Positions 42,981 to 57,800 of a stretch of 64,000 nt of DNA are shown here, in pieces (position 1 is the stretch's first letter; every line of letters starts with the position of its first letter). Origin of the DNA: Tubiluchus corallicola. Taxonomy: Eukaryota > Animalia > Priapulida. The stretch covers positions 124,001-188,000 of the forward strand of contig JAQGDQ010000186.1 in the NCBI GenBank assembly GCA_030141605.1, in the 5' to 3' direction. The notes under the pieces are model-generated. The model made no database searches. It was not told the origin of the DNA and was given only the letters and a program-made list of their open reading frames with translations. Position numbers and translations under genes: made by a program.

Positions 42981-44434
42981 AATTATACAAAATTTAAACG
43001 TAACAACAGCTAAACTATTCCATGGGTATTTATGTATTTACATCTTGTGACGGCGTAATACTAAGTAATAGTACCCCAGACCTGACTATTACTAGTATTA
43101 GCCGAGTGTGATAAGGGATTATAGCTGCAGGGGTTTAGCTTTTGCGATTACATTACATCGATTACGTCTTCATACGTAAATGCCAAAAGAATTAAGATTA
43201 GGTTTAACAATATATTTTGACACAAGAATTTTAACATATTAATTAATAATAATATTACTAGCTAGGTTATAAGACAAAGCGAACAGGCAAAAGTGCATAA
43301 TGTATACGTACCTCATCAAAATTAGTACTCTAGCTAAACACTCATACCGTGATGCCACGTAATAGGAAAATAATATGCAGATGCCCGGTTGGTACCAGCG
43401 AGTACCAAAAATTCCCAACGATTAGGAGCTCCCGAAGATAGGTGTCTGTCACTTGCCACCAACTATTCTCGCCATTGGTCCTGGAGGCTCAAAGCTTCAC
43501 TAATGGCTGACTCGTATGGGAATCCTCTGAAGCAATAACTCTAAGAACTTGGAGGCCAATTTCCACCACTACGATGGTTTCACCAGGTGTGGTTGTCTAC
43601 CAGTCCACCAAACATGATCACCATGAACCCATCTTATAGCTGATGTACGACGTTCCTTCATAACAATTACACTGCAATTAGTTCTTGCATCTAGTATGCC
43701 ATTCGTTAGCGTAATTACAAAACAATGAAGATTCAAACCATCAAACTGCTAATAAATTGTTCTACATTTATCTGGGCTGGATAAAAGGTAAAAGCATTTT
43801 AACGACTTTTGACGTTTATGTAGCTTAACATCACAAAGCCCAGATTGCCAGCCTATTTCGACGCAGATAATAATCGGAAAATAAGTCAGTATCAGGCAAG
43901 AGATTCATAAAATAAGCGATTATTACTGAAGGGGGGAGCTAGGGCAAACTAAGTACCTAGTACTATCTGTGCTCAAACGAGCCATAGCTATAAACAGTGG
44001 GGTTGTTAATACGAAGTAGCTACAGAGCAACAACAGTAATAACAACAATGGTGCAAAGGCAAATGTAGCTCAAACTGATGCTGGTTTTGAGGAGAGGCAC
44101 CATGGACATAATGCCGGTCACACATCATTACAATTACAATTCCACCAGGTACCTGGATAATTACCCGCATTTTTTACTACCCCAGCCTGATAATTCTACC
44201 AGGTTCCAACAATAAAAATGCACACATTATTGTTAACATGATGTTCATTGTTTGATCATTTAAAATTTTAATGCCACCTGCTGATCATTTCTACAGTAGG
44301 TACAGTGCACTATTGAACACCAGCAGGCTATTAATTGCTACGTTACCACCTCTTCAGGTTAATAGTGCACTGCATATGCAATGAGACTATCTGCAGCTCG
44401 ATCGGCTAAACTCAATTGAGAATTGCTTCAGCAA

Positions 44435-44955
44435 AAAAAGTAATGTTTGGAAATATTTTGAGAGCATTGAAGGGACTAGTGACAACAAACCTGGGTTAGT
44501 AAAATGCAGATTATGTGGTGCTCTCTTAAAATGCTGTGGCAGTAGCACGTCAGTATTATGTAAACGTTTGAATGGTAAACATTCTGGTACAGACACTACT
44601 GTTCAAAGAAAGGAAAGTAGTTCTAAGCAACCCAGTATCAAGGATGCTTTCAATTCAAAAAGGAAGGACAGTCGTCCTTGCTCTGGAGAAAGAAGGAAAG
44701 AATTGATAGACTTGCTATGCAATATTATATAATAAGATCTAAGACCATTATCTATGTTTAAAAGTTGTGCATTTCGTCTGTTTTTAAATAATGTGGAACC
44801 TAATTTTTCTATTCCAAGCCAAACATCATCCGACTATATGATGTACGTCAACAAAATGCGTGTCAGCAAATAAAAAATCTTGGTGTTGTTTCACTAATGG
44901 CAGACCCCTGGACATCAGCGACAAATGATTCTTACTTGAGAGTAATGGTGCCAAG
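44435..44955 (+). pseudogene. Decayed hAT transposase (BED zinc finger plus start of catalytic domain; ZBED1/ZBED4-like)
   Basis: SNVWKYF...VKCRLCGALLKCCGSSTSVLCKRLNGKH (BED finger), then NII**DLRPLSMFKSCAFRLFLNNVEPNFSIPS, then VSLMADPWTSATNDSYL (first catalytic Asp, DxWTS). Contains in-frame stops and frameshifts. Confidence 0.88.
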
Positions 44956-45812
44956 AAAATGAAAATTGAATGAGTTCAACAATAAAATTTTCTTGTAGAA
45001 TCAGTAAAATAACATCTGCTTCATTTTGAAAAACGATTGAAAAATTTTGAAAGAATGATTGGTTTTCGTCATTTGGCACATTAATTATCAATTTGTTGAA
45101 AACAACTTCTCTAGTGGCACAAAACACCGAGTTTCATTAGTAAATTATTACTCATTATTTGAACTATCTACAGAATTATCTATTCAAATATCTACGCATA
45201 TGACACTGTGAACCCTCTGCAAGTTCTACATCTACTTATTTTTATTGGATCAGACACAATGGTTCTGAACGTAAATAGCCACAATTCCTATATTAACACT
45301 CTTTTCGTCATTTTCTAAACATTGTCTTTCAGCTCAGCACAGATTTTAATATTTTTATGTACATGAAGATAAATTGAATGAAATAATTTGCATGACTTTT
45401 TTAAATTGAAATGAAAAAGAAGATGTGTAATGTATGTTTAACCCCAGTCCACAGCTAGTAATTGCAATTGATGCATTTTGTGTTCATTAATCACAGTTAA
45501 TCGTATGTACGGTAATCTGCTGCTTTGCTTTATTCTACGGTATTGTACTTTTTAACTGATTGGAGTCAATTTCAAGGCTAGTGAATTTTGGATTTTTCTT
45601 GTAAATTGAATGGCTGTGTTTGATAATTTTAGATACTAATTAAATCCAAAGGCAGCATATTTTGCTTTCGTAGAAAATTAAATTTACTGTTTTATAAGCA
45701 GATTCTGAATATTTCCCAAGGATCATTTTTAATATCTATTTATGATTCAAGCTGATTCATAATTAAACAATATTTATTTTTTTACAGGTCAACTATTGTG
45801 GTTCAAGTAGTC

Positions 45813-48800
45813 ATGGCTGACAAGCGCAGCAGCACGTCAGTTGCAGAATTACAGCTGAGTGGCTCTTCCATTTCATTGTCATCAGAGCCAGGATGGAGAG
45901 GAATGTCATCCCTTACAAAAATTCAACGACCAACTTCTGTTACAACAAGATTGTCTGCTAAACATCACCCTTTGCCAAAGGTCAAGTGTAATAATTAGTA
46001 TTATTTTATGCATGGTGTAGTTTGAATAAAACATCTGAATATAAAAAAATACAAGTTATCAAATGAACGTTGACTGGTCAGATACCCAATACATTTTATT
46101 AGTCTACACGTACTGAACTAGACCAATTAACCATGCCAGTTATATAAGGTATATCTTTTTGTGTAAATGCTAGAATATTGTTAAAGTCTTTTAGAAACAA
46201 TTATTATGATAAACAATATGTCTGCATTGTAAAAGTAAACTGTTATTGCTCACAAGACTAAGATTCACAAGATCACTCATGGTTATCATATCAAGATGGT
46301 GATGAAACGATATAGTCTGCAACAGTGTGCTTTTGCATCTACTGACTGGATTTTTGCTTCAGCAAAACTAAGGCTGTTGTTTGAGTTGACCAAATGTCCT
46401 GCAAGTGGCATGTTATAAAGTCTAAGCAGTTTGTATTCAATATAAATAACAGAATAATGATTAATTTTTTGTCCTTAGTCGATTGTCATTAGTGCTAATT
46501 AAGTATGTGAAACAATAGCTAATTTATAAGAGTTCAAGGTGTTTTAGTGTGCACAATTTTGCGCATTAACACAAGGCCACAGTTTAAACAAAGGTTAATT
46601 GTTTATTTTTAAATTTACTAAGTTCTGTATTTTTATTTGTTATTGTTAATTATATGTTGAGTACACAATTAACGTATTTCTAACAGGTTACGATCATATA
46701 TGTGTAAACACATATGTTGTAAAAAAACAGCATCCTCGAACAAATGAATTAAAAATAAAGAACCACTTGTAAGACTGCCTTACTGATTTGCTGCTGCTTG
46801 GATAGACATGGCATGCATTGCAGATATGGAAGCTTGGTTAGATATATTTATAAGCAATTGCCTTTAACTGTAATTTAACTACCTTATGTACAAAGAACAA
46901 AAGTTTCATAACGGTGTATTTTTTGCATATTACAGAGGTCTTCTAGTCAGAATGAAATGACAGAAATCAGTAGAAAGTCTGTACCAAGGGAAAGAAAGAC
47001 AGCGTCTACCAGGTATGAGTAAAATATGAAATATTCAAAAACATGATTGAACTCCAAAATATGTTTGCATTTCACTGCTGTAGCCTGTAGTTGCAATCTA
47101 TAAAGTTTTTGCCAATACTATTTAACAATAGAGAATTATACATTTTTGGTTATAGCATTATTCAAAAGTTGCTTGAACAGTTCTTAATAAAAATCGTTCA
47201 GTAGTCTTACTTTTGTAGCTAACAGACAAGCCACACAATACTTAAAATATATTATTTTATCCTTTGTGTATTTACTAATAATTTGTAATTTGTTGGTTTA
47301 TACATTTCCTGTAGAACACTCATTTAAGGCTAATTTTTCTTTATTAATGATAAGACAACATTTTGCTATCTTGTAATTGTAAAGTAGATATTAAAATTTT
47401 GTCCATAAATCACTGAATTAATAAATTTATTTAAGTTTGATTAACTGTCACTTGTGAAAGCCTTTTTTTATTTTGTGGAAGTCACACTAACAGGTTTTAT
47501 ATTTTTATGATACAGTAGCAAATCTCCTGCTGTTGCATCAGACTCACATTGCTCAAAAGTATCTCTAACAAGAACACCATCCTCATCTCAGAGAAAGTCG
47601 AAAAAGGGAAGGAAAAAAAATATTATTCCTCAAGAGAAAGCGAATCAAGTGCAGCTTGCAGTCTGCAACAAGATCAACCCTAACGAGTACGGCGGCAATG
47701 AATTAACATGTAGCCCAAATCCGGATACTGCTGCTTCTTTTGCTTTACTGACTAACTGTAACGAATGTTCCCCAGAAGAAAATGATAGCTTCTGGACTTC
47801 ATGGAATCAGTTGAATGCTAGGTTAGATAATGTGTCTGATAGTTTATCAGTTAGTATCACTGCTAATAAAAGGCAACACAATCAGAATCTGCCACATGAG
47901 CCCAGTGATGCATTCATTTATGACAGATCATTTGTTGATACTTCTGATGACTGTGGGTCCAACCTAACTGAAAGTGGTTATGATTCACAACCAACTCAAC
48001 TGATATACAGCATAGCTAGTATTGACAGTGTGCCACAGGCCAGTCAAATTAGTGTCAGTGACGAACATTTAAGAACGTCTGTTAATGATGTCACTTGTAA
48101 AACCATATTTCGTAGCAGTCTCTGTGTGAACAATAAAGTGGCTGAGTCAAAAGCAGCATCTTCTATACAAAGATGGTATAGAAGACAAGTTGTACAAAAT
48201 AATTTTAAATTAAAACAGATGCTTGACAACATGAAGTGGGAAAAACAAATAGAGATGGTTAAACCAACTGAAAAAATGAAAACTGGGAGAATAGAGTATA
48301 AGGAGAGAAAAGTTCCCCAAAAAAGAAGAATGCATAGATATAATCAAGTGGGTATTATTTGGCATTTCTATTGTTTGTAGTCATAGCTGATTTCACTTGT
48401 AAATGTTTTTTGAGTTGCTTATGATGTAATCTTATAAACAGGTCTGTTTCACCATGAATGCAGTCTTGTTTTTGTTATTATCGTTCTTCTTGCAATAAGT
48501 TGTAGCCACCTATTATATTATGATATCACAGTAGAGTGACTTCGCACTCTAAATTTTACTAGAAAACTGCTTCTGTGGTAAGTAAGTTAATAATTTACTC
48601 ATTTATAGCAAGAAACTATAATAAAGATGGAAAGAGACGGGGTGGCGAAAAGACCAAAAGTCACCAGGTCAGCAACCCCTATCCAAATTTAAAGGAAATT
48701 AAGTGACCTGTCTAGTGTGTTATGATAACGCTAAATGGCATTTTAAATAACATAGGGCTAGCTTGTAAAACATGCTTTCCATTTTTGGTCACCGCAGATG

Positions 48801-51800
48801 TCTTTTATTTTTGTAGTGCATGTTTTTGGATTCATTGCCTGTAATTTTTCTGCAAATGACCCAGATGTATATTGTCATCATCACACGATCTTAGTTTTTA
48901 TAATCATTACATACAATGTGTATATTCCTTGTGTTTTTATAGCGTAATTATTTTAATAAATTTTGGACATAATAAGCCAAATACTAGCACTTAATGGTGG
49001 GACCTACTCCTAGCGATAAACTAGTTATCCAAGATAAGCATCTGAGACACTGAACCAGTAGTGGTGCCTTAGGCATATCTGGTTGTATATATACTTCCTC
49101 CCTCAACAAGAGAAATAGTTGAAAGCAGCACGGCAAGTAAACCACAGAGAAACAGCGCACACCACGATTCTTTGCCTGTTCCTGTTATCTTAAGTACAAG
49201 TTTTTGTATGTATCTTTTACAGATAAAATGTTGCAAAATCTCTTCTGTAATTGTTGTAACTGCATTTTGTAATTGTTTTATGGTTTTTTTGCAGTTATGT
49301 TTTAAATGAAATGTTGTTGAAGACATCAAGTTGTTTTTAATTCACCTAAATATTTTAATAGAGAGTCAGTTGTTTAAAATGCATTGTCACTAAATATGAA
49401 GTTGTTACTTGTCATTGTGTATCCTCGATTATAAAGTTAAGCAAGCCATGTGTTTCATGCATTTTTTAACACAGATGCTTGGCAGGTTTGATTAATCTGT
49501 AGCATCTTACATTGAGTGCCTACTGACCTTGTTTTGGACAATTTAATTAAAAGGATTTGGTGTTTGTTTTGTACTTTTCTCTGAACTTATATAAAAGTAC
49601 TGCTAATAATTATTTAAACTGGGATAGGGTTAGAGAGTGGCTGCTGTAATTAGGAGTTCTTACTGTCGTAACTTTTGACATGTAAGGTGCTTTAAATACA
49701 TCAATTAAATAATTATACAAGCTTTTGTCGATGTTTGCTGCGATAATGCTAGCTTAATTAGGATTCGTTGTTTCTCAGATTAATAAGTATCATTTTCGGC
49801 TGTAGCGAAAATCTGCTACGAATGAAGACACATTAGTGGAAATGGTGCAAGGCAACACTCCAGTCAAAGCCGACAGTGATGTAGCTGAACCACAGGAAAG
49901 TACTGAAAGCAAGACTGCGTCAGGGAAAGATAACATCCCTCCTGACAAAGCAGAATTGAATTTTGCAAATGTTGGGCAGTTAAGTAAGTACTAAACACGT
50001 GGGTTGTTTTTTGCTTTTCAGTCTTATCATCTGTTGTAATTGTTAATATTACTATCAGTAGTTTTTTTGTTAAACATACATAATTTATGTGTTTGGCATT
50101 TTTATTTGTGACATCTTTTGTTTTTGACATCATCAACATTATTGTTCTTATTGCCAGTTATAGAAGATGATTTGTCATTAGCTCACAAAACGTCAGATGG
50201 TAATGAGTGTGATACTAAAGTTATTGAACAAGTAAGCCGTTAATCATTCTACGAGTACTAGGTTTATTTTTATAATAAACTCCATGTTCACATTAGATGG
50301 TTTGTAATTAAATTATATATTCGGTATAGTGGATGTGTTATATTATACAGATTAAAATTTTCTGTAAAGGCATTCTAGGTGCCTAAAACTAGAACCTAAA
50401 AACTAGAACATATCTATCCCATAGTGATATCTTTTATTACGATGTTCTTACTGTAAAAGCGCCCCCTCCCTGTATCTCAATAATCTGACTAATGAAATCT
50501 AGCACATGCTTGACTATCCACTGATAAAAACAAAGCGAAATTGTTGAAGTTGCAGTTGTAGAATGTATTGTAGATGCATAAACAAGCTTGACACAGGCAT
50601 ACCTGATCCTAGCAACCAAAATTGTTAAAAGTGCAATGTGTTTATACAATAATAATCGATAGTGAGCCAATTAGATTTTTGCATATAAACTTGTGAAATG
50701 AAAAACGTGGGCCAAAAACATGCAAACATTTTCTAAATCTAAAGTATTAAAGTGTTTTGCTTCTCAGGATGATGTTTCTCATGATGTAAACAGTATGTAA
50801 GCAATGAACAAAAATCAAACAGCTAACTACTCAGGTGTATCATGGTATGTCATGTATTGTGAGGTAGCATGAAGATGTACGTCATAACTTAATTGTATCA
50901 TTTTAGCCTTCTGCAAATATGCTAGGGCTTTAACGGTGCCTGCATTTTTAAAATTTTGACACTAATGTGTCACTGTTGCCTACACCTGCTGTTTTGTTTA
51001 CTGTTAAGCCAGATTTGAAAAGTTACAAAAATGAAATTTATTAGATCGAGAGTGTTGTCATTATCTACTGATCAGGAAAAAAATTGTAACGCATATAAAC
51101 AAGAAACAAAAATATAACAGAGTTTTGCCTTTTTGCCAAAATATAATTGCAGGCACGTTGTGAAACACAGAAACCATGAAGTTATCAGCCATTTTAATTA
51201 CATTATGAAAAAGCACAGAAAAGTCTTCTTTTGCTTTTTTAACAATAGGCAAAGACAATTCTTTAATTACAGGTACTAGAATGTAAACATAACAACTGAA
51301 TAATCATTTATGCTTTTATTGTGATGCAATAATAATGGCTTAACTAGGAACCCTTTTTAAATTAATAAATATCGTCTGTTTATAGGAAGAAAATTCTCAG
51401 CATACTGCAATCACCGTTATTGAAAAAGAGCAAATATCACATAACAGCCAGGTTGGTAGTGAGAAACGAGAGTCTCAGTTTGACAATATTATGGAAACCC
51501 TAAAAAAGTTTGAGACAGGATATGATTTGGAAGGTACAGAGTTTTCAAATGGGTTTATTATCTAAAGTATTTTCATAATCAGAGCGATGTATTATAAATG
51601 TCTAACAAGGATAACTTTACTATAAAGTGTTTTCTGTATGCATATTTATGAAATGGTGAATCTGTCTATTTTCATTATATATATGTTTTTTCGGTACATA
51701 TAGCAGTTGATTTTATGTGGTTTTTTACTTGCATTGTTTATAACTGACTTCAATTTAAACAAAATTTTCAGGTATTAAGAGTGCTGGTGGTCATTATAGC

Positions 51801-54800
51801 ATTTATGACAGTGATGACGTCAAACCAAGTTTATCCTCAACAGAGGCTCACAGTGAATTAGCACATGATAAGTTAAAGTAAACATCATAATTTTGTTCTG
51901 AGACAATTTGCTTAAGTTCATATATATAGGCTGGTTGTGAGTTTCGCTGTTGGTCACTTTGGCCATTGGCAGTGTGACTTATAATTATATATAGGGCCTA
52001 GAAGAGAATGGAGCTAAAGAACTTGGAAAATGCATAGTTTTATTTGAATTCAAATAATATTTTCTTTCAAATAAATTATAATTCATTACATGAAGATCAA
52101 TGAAGTTACTTCTGCAATTTATATTAAAGAAGTAAAGTAGTTTGTCAAAGTTACTTTGCCAATGTTTTCAAAAAAAACTTGCATTGCTAACACAGTCGGT
52201 GAAGATGTAAAAAAAATCATTGCAAATTCTTGAACTAAGTAAATAGAAACATGACAGGCCTAGGCTAAATCTGCTTGTGGAATGCAGAGTCTTTCAAAAT
52301 GTGACAGAGAATGTGCTAAGGAAAGTACATGTGTGTTTGTTGGTTTACATTGTTTTGCATATATTAGGTTTACATCGCTTTATGTTATGCTATGGAATAT
52401 GCAGTTATGTTGATCCTGAAAACATTATTCAAACATTATGTTTAGAATTAAAAATTAACAGATTTTTTCTTTGTAGTTCTATTATGTCTTTCTTGGACGA
52501 AGTTGAAGAAAATGACAAGACAACTCTTAATGAGTTAAATCAAGTAAGTAACAATTTTAACACTGACCCATTTTGCCTTCATATCACTAGGGAAAAAGAG
52601 CAAATCTTTTGTAGTCAGCTTATTCTTGTAAATTTTAATACCATGAAATTGTTTGAATTTTTGTGACTTGTATAATAATTAATATTTATAACCAAGAATA
52701 AGCTACATTAAAATTGTAATACAATATAATTCATTACTTGGTAATACTCATAAATGTTTAATTTTAGCTCGTGTTCGATGCTATGGAAATTTGTCATAAT
52801 GAAGCCATTCCTAGCATGAAATAATTACATGAGATCTTGGACTATTTTGTAATGCCACCAACATTAGAACAATTTGTTAGACTGTTTCTTTATATGCTAG
52901 TTTTGCCGGGAAGCCGAACTAAGCTTCCTGCAGTTTTCCATCTTTCAATAGTGGAAATTATCAAAGACCTGCCACCAAACATGCATTTGATATTGCTGTA
53001 ACATACGCATTGTAACATACAGTCATATAATTCAATGTTTAATTTTTAGTAATACCTAAAGGATATGTAGAGCTTAGTGAGTTCCTCATGAGTGACATGA
53101 AACAATTATTCCAAAACTTGTAAACTAGTATTGAACGTAGTGCTTTCAATTTGGAGAGAAATGTTAGTTTGCAAAAATGACGCCTTCAAATTCAATTTGG
53201 AAAATTTTAGTGCCATAAAAGTATCCAAGTTCACAGTACTTTGTTATATTACATTGGCAATATTTTTAATTTCAGCCATTCCAGTGTAGACAAGCTAAAG
53301 ACAATTTAGAAGAAGTGTCATTGGCTGCATCTCAAGTTGCTACTACAGTTTTATCTCAAAAGGCTAAACTAGAAGAAAAAGAGTATAGTATACAAGGACT
53401 TCAAATGGCCTTGGTAAGAGCATTATATATGGGTTTTATATGAGTAATAAGGGCACTAATATGACTGTGTTATCAAGTTCTGGTATAGAGAAGGGTTTCG
53501 AGATGTCCGGTTTCATGCTAAACTGTTCGGTTTTTCTAAAATGTATTTGGCAGTGTTAATAAGTGTTAATTTTTTCTTCAGAAATTGTATATTTTTTCTG
53601 CTCTATTTACTTCATTATGCATTAAACATTAACATGGCTTTTGGATTAATACAGTGTGACTAATATGCATCATGCATAACAAGGTTATGATTATTTAACA
53701 CCAGTTTTCACATAAAAGGTGAACAAACAGTTCATGTAAAGAAAAAAATAAAAAGTAGCTTGTTTGATCTTTTATATAATTATAGGATTATGAGATTATG
53801 TAATAAGGTTTCTGAAAACATAAATAGCTACTAAAAATAATTAATTTTAAGTTTTTATTGTTATTTAGGTCTTCCAAATGCTAAAATGCAAGTAAAAAGA
53901 CCTCCCAACCTTAAGCTACTTTTTACAAGCCCTCCTAGCAACTCTGCAGGGAAGCTACATGTGATGTAAAGTAGCTTATGAGATGTTAGTTATGCAAATT
54001 AATTCTAAATGGCGCTGCAATGTCATCCATGCGCAGAGTGTCTTAGCAACTGTAGAAGCACGGTCTTGCATTGTGAGGAGCTCAACATAGAAGCATTAGT
54101 GTTTCAATAAAACCTATTTTCATCAGGATAATGCCTATTTTCGATTTTCAGTGGACTTTCGATAGCTTGAAATACTGCAATACTGTAATTATGATAACAT
54201 CTCTGCTTATAGTACAGCGATGCAAATTAACCTGTGTACCTCCATTGCTTAAGTCTATCTTAGCAAGCCTGCTTCTATCTCAGTGTGTTTCAAAGCAAAC
54301 ATATTTTAATTTCTTTTGTTTTCCTTTAAAATTATACTGATTCACCATTTCGAGAGTTATTTGGGTTTTTTCAAACAGATTTATTGTATCTGTCACATAT
54401 TAATTGATATCTTTGTATTTACTTCAACATATTTATTTCAGGAACAGCAGAGGCAGTTATCTTTGCGAAATGCAAGAGAAGCAGACAAAGAATTGAAACA
54501 AAGGCTCCAGACACAAAAAGAGGAATATGGGGTGGCCATTAAAAGGCATCTAACATTCATAGATCAAGTATGCCAAGTTCTTACCATGATTTAACTTATT
54601 ACAGAAGTTTGAATTTTTTATAGTACTATCTTAATTCATTATATTTTGCAGCTAATAGATGATAAAAAGTCCCTAACTGAGAAATGTGAGAAATTGCTGA
54701 AAGAATTGAAGTCTGTTGAGAAAAAATACTCTGAAAAATATGAACATATGGAAGAAACGTAAGTTTCAATAAAATGCAATCTTAACGTAACATAAAGTGT

Positions 54801-57800
54801 TTTAGAGAATTAGCATAGATAATCTGTCACATGCAAAAAGAATAACTAAAAAGTGCCTTGAACAAAAATTCTTTACCTTGTTGCTGGTGCTTTTAGTACA
54901 CAATGATTTACAAACCCCTAGATTTCCGCTTTTTCGGGGTCCCTGAATTAATTGTTTTTATAAGTTAATTAATCTTTTGTAATTGATGAGTCATTTTAAG
55001 TTTTGCTCAACTTAAGTCAACAGTATGCTTTAAAAAGGCACCTGCTTAAAATGTTTTCTCTATTTTGTGACTATATGTCATCATATTACCTATGTTATAT
55101 GATCACTGGCATTTCTTTAGAATCTTTAGAATAGGCCAAGGAATCTTTAGAACTGCTTATGTTTCCTGACCAGTCTATATCAATTGTTAGATTTGCATTA
55201 ATGTTAAAACAATATTTCATCATCTGTCTAGTATAATGTTAGTAAGTTGTTTACTGAATTAATGAAGATTGTAAATCCACTAACTAAAACATAGTGAAAT
55301 ATCATATTAAAGTTTGTTACCAATTTTATTTTTCCAAATTTTCGTTTAATAGGTGAATTATTATACACATTAATTGTATTATTATGCTAAAATGATTCCT
55401 AGTTTTTACTTATCTCCTTAGTCATACAAGAGAACTTCAGAAAGTAAAGGAAATGCATGCTGCTGCTGAAAAACTGCGGCGGGAAAAATGGATAGAAGAA
55501 AAAACACGACGCATAAAGGTTCTTGTTATAAGTATCCTTGTATTTATACTGAGTTTGTACTTTTAGTGTGTTGAATATAGCTGAGACTGCTCAGTTATAC
55601 TAACTAGTCTAGTCTATGTCTTTTACAACATTGATGGGCCCACATACAACAATAAAAGTCATTAAATGAAAACTCTGTTCCTGAATCTGATAAGTAGTGT
55701 AACAGTGTGTAATCTATGTGTAATATGGATACCAATAACTCTAGTTACACTAGCCTGTATTTAAGCTGTACATTAGCAAAGGTTTTTTAGCAGTTTATCA
55801 CTATGTAAGAACCTAGTTCTTGATGATGGTGCACTTAAGGTTGCTTATAACAACATCAGAACAGATTTCTTTATTAATGATAGTTTTCTAAAATGAGTCA
55901 CTGAACAGACAGAGGTATCAGCCATATTCATGCACTTTTCTCAAGTAGGTAACTAGTTGGTGTCAGTATGACACCTGAAATCCCCCTGTATTGTTTGCAG
56001 TAACCCATCCATTTGGTGTTGATTAGCATCAATTGCTAAATAAAATTGTCATTACTTAGCTAAGCACCTCACCACAGAATTCTTTTCTTAGTAGGTTTTC
56101 AAGTTCATTACCAATAGTGCAACATCATATGAAGAATGTTGTAATAAGCTAACCATATTTGAAATAAAGTGAAATAAAATGTTCAAAAGGTTTTTTCCAT
56201 TGATATTTGGTATAACGGCTTACATACTTTGGCGCTGTAGAGCTAAAATGAATAGAAAAGTGACTCGATTTTTATTGTCACTAAATTTTTGCTCAGGAAA
56301 TGACAGTGAAGGGACTTGAACCAGAAATACAACGGCTGATAGCAAAGCACAAAGCTGAAGTGAAAAGTCTTAAGTCTACTCATGAACAGGCTTTGCTTGG
56401 AGCTGAAGAACAAATGCGTGAACGATTTAATCAGCAGGTAGAAGAGATCCGTGAGCAGTGTGCACGAGAGAAGGAAGCTGCTTGTGCTCACGAGAGGGAA
56501 CTTGCAAGGCAAAAGTACGTTTAAATACAGTTTTTCTATTCAAAAAATAATTAGACTCAACATGAATGATAAGATTAATAATGTGATTCAATACTTCATT
56601 ACCAATTGTTTTTTCCTTACACTTCTGCGATTGTCAAGTGCCTAGTACTTTAACAGACAGTGTTTTGCAGAAAACTTATGTTTTTTACTTGAAATTTTCT
56701 GCTCATGAAACTGTTTCATGTTCCAGCAAATCTCTGTGAATTTCATCATATTTATAAGCAGCCATGCCACAAGTTTAGCAAAAGAAGTTGTTGCCTTATA
56801 ATTAAATAACTACCAGTTGTTCAAATAAAGAAGCAAATTTTCTAAGACTCAAGAAGATCAGTAGACTCTTGTGAATTTTTATACTTTCATTACGTACTTT
56901 AGGTATGAGAAGCAAATTGAGCTAGAAGAGGCTTCTTATCAACAGCAGAGAGCCCATCTTTATGCAGAACTGCAGACAGAAAAGGACTTTTTAGCAGAGC
57001 AGACAACTCAGCAGCAAGCAGAAATTCAAAAACTCCAGCGTGACATTGAATCTAGTGGTAAAATTGTGATTGAAACACTTAGAGAGGAATTTTCCAGGGA
57101 AAAACAAGAAATAAATGACAAACATCGGGTAAACGTCAAGTTTTTAACACAGAAGTTTTACTATGATGTTCACCTTAATTGATTATTTTAATTATGCTAT
57201 ATAAAATCCATTTATTGAATTTACCTGTTTACAACCAGTTGATAATGAAAAATCACCTGGAGAAATTTCACCTGATATTAATAAAATAAATCTTCTCTTT
57301 ATTAAAGAACAAAAGCACAGACACTTGTGAAATTTGACTTCTAAATTGAATTCCAGGAGTTAAAAAAGGACACTAAATATGATTTTTTAACTGCCTAGTT
57401 AAAACAAATGTATATTGTACACATTTATGTTCAGCACATATCTACATTCCAGATTTTTTCAGAAAAATGTATTTGGTAGCACCATACCAGAAAAAACTAC
57501 TATTAATATTTTATCACCCAGCAAAATCAAGATAGCACATCCAGTGCAAAGACTAACAAAAAATAGAAATTTTGAATACAAGATATTAAGTCCAGTTCAA
57601 AGACTAATAAAAAATAGAAATTTTGAATACAAAATATTAAGTCCAGTTCAAAGACTAATAAAAAATAGAAATAATGAATACAAAATATTATATTGTTACA
57701 TATGGCGTAATATTCGTATGATTCATAACATACAGAAATGCAAGTTTGTTTTTGAATTTTGTGCTATGAGCAAATTACTGAAACTTTACATACAGTATCT

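Noticed and set aside
43380-43700. Possible minus-strand LINE fragment (RRTSAIRWVHGDHVW)
   Set aside because: Resemblance to the RLRWxGHV motif is too weak to call without a search.
50768-50844. Possible CEP131 exon (DDVSHDVNS...)
   Set aside because: It has an in-frame TAA, and the stronger early donors are out of phase. The neighbouring exons join in frame without it.
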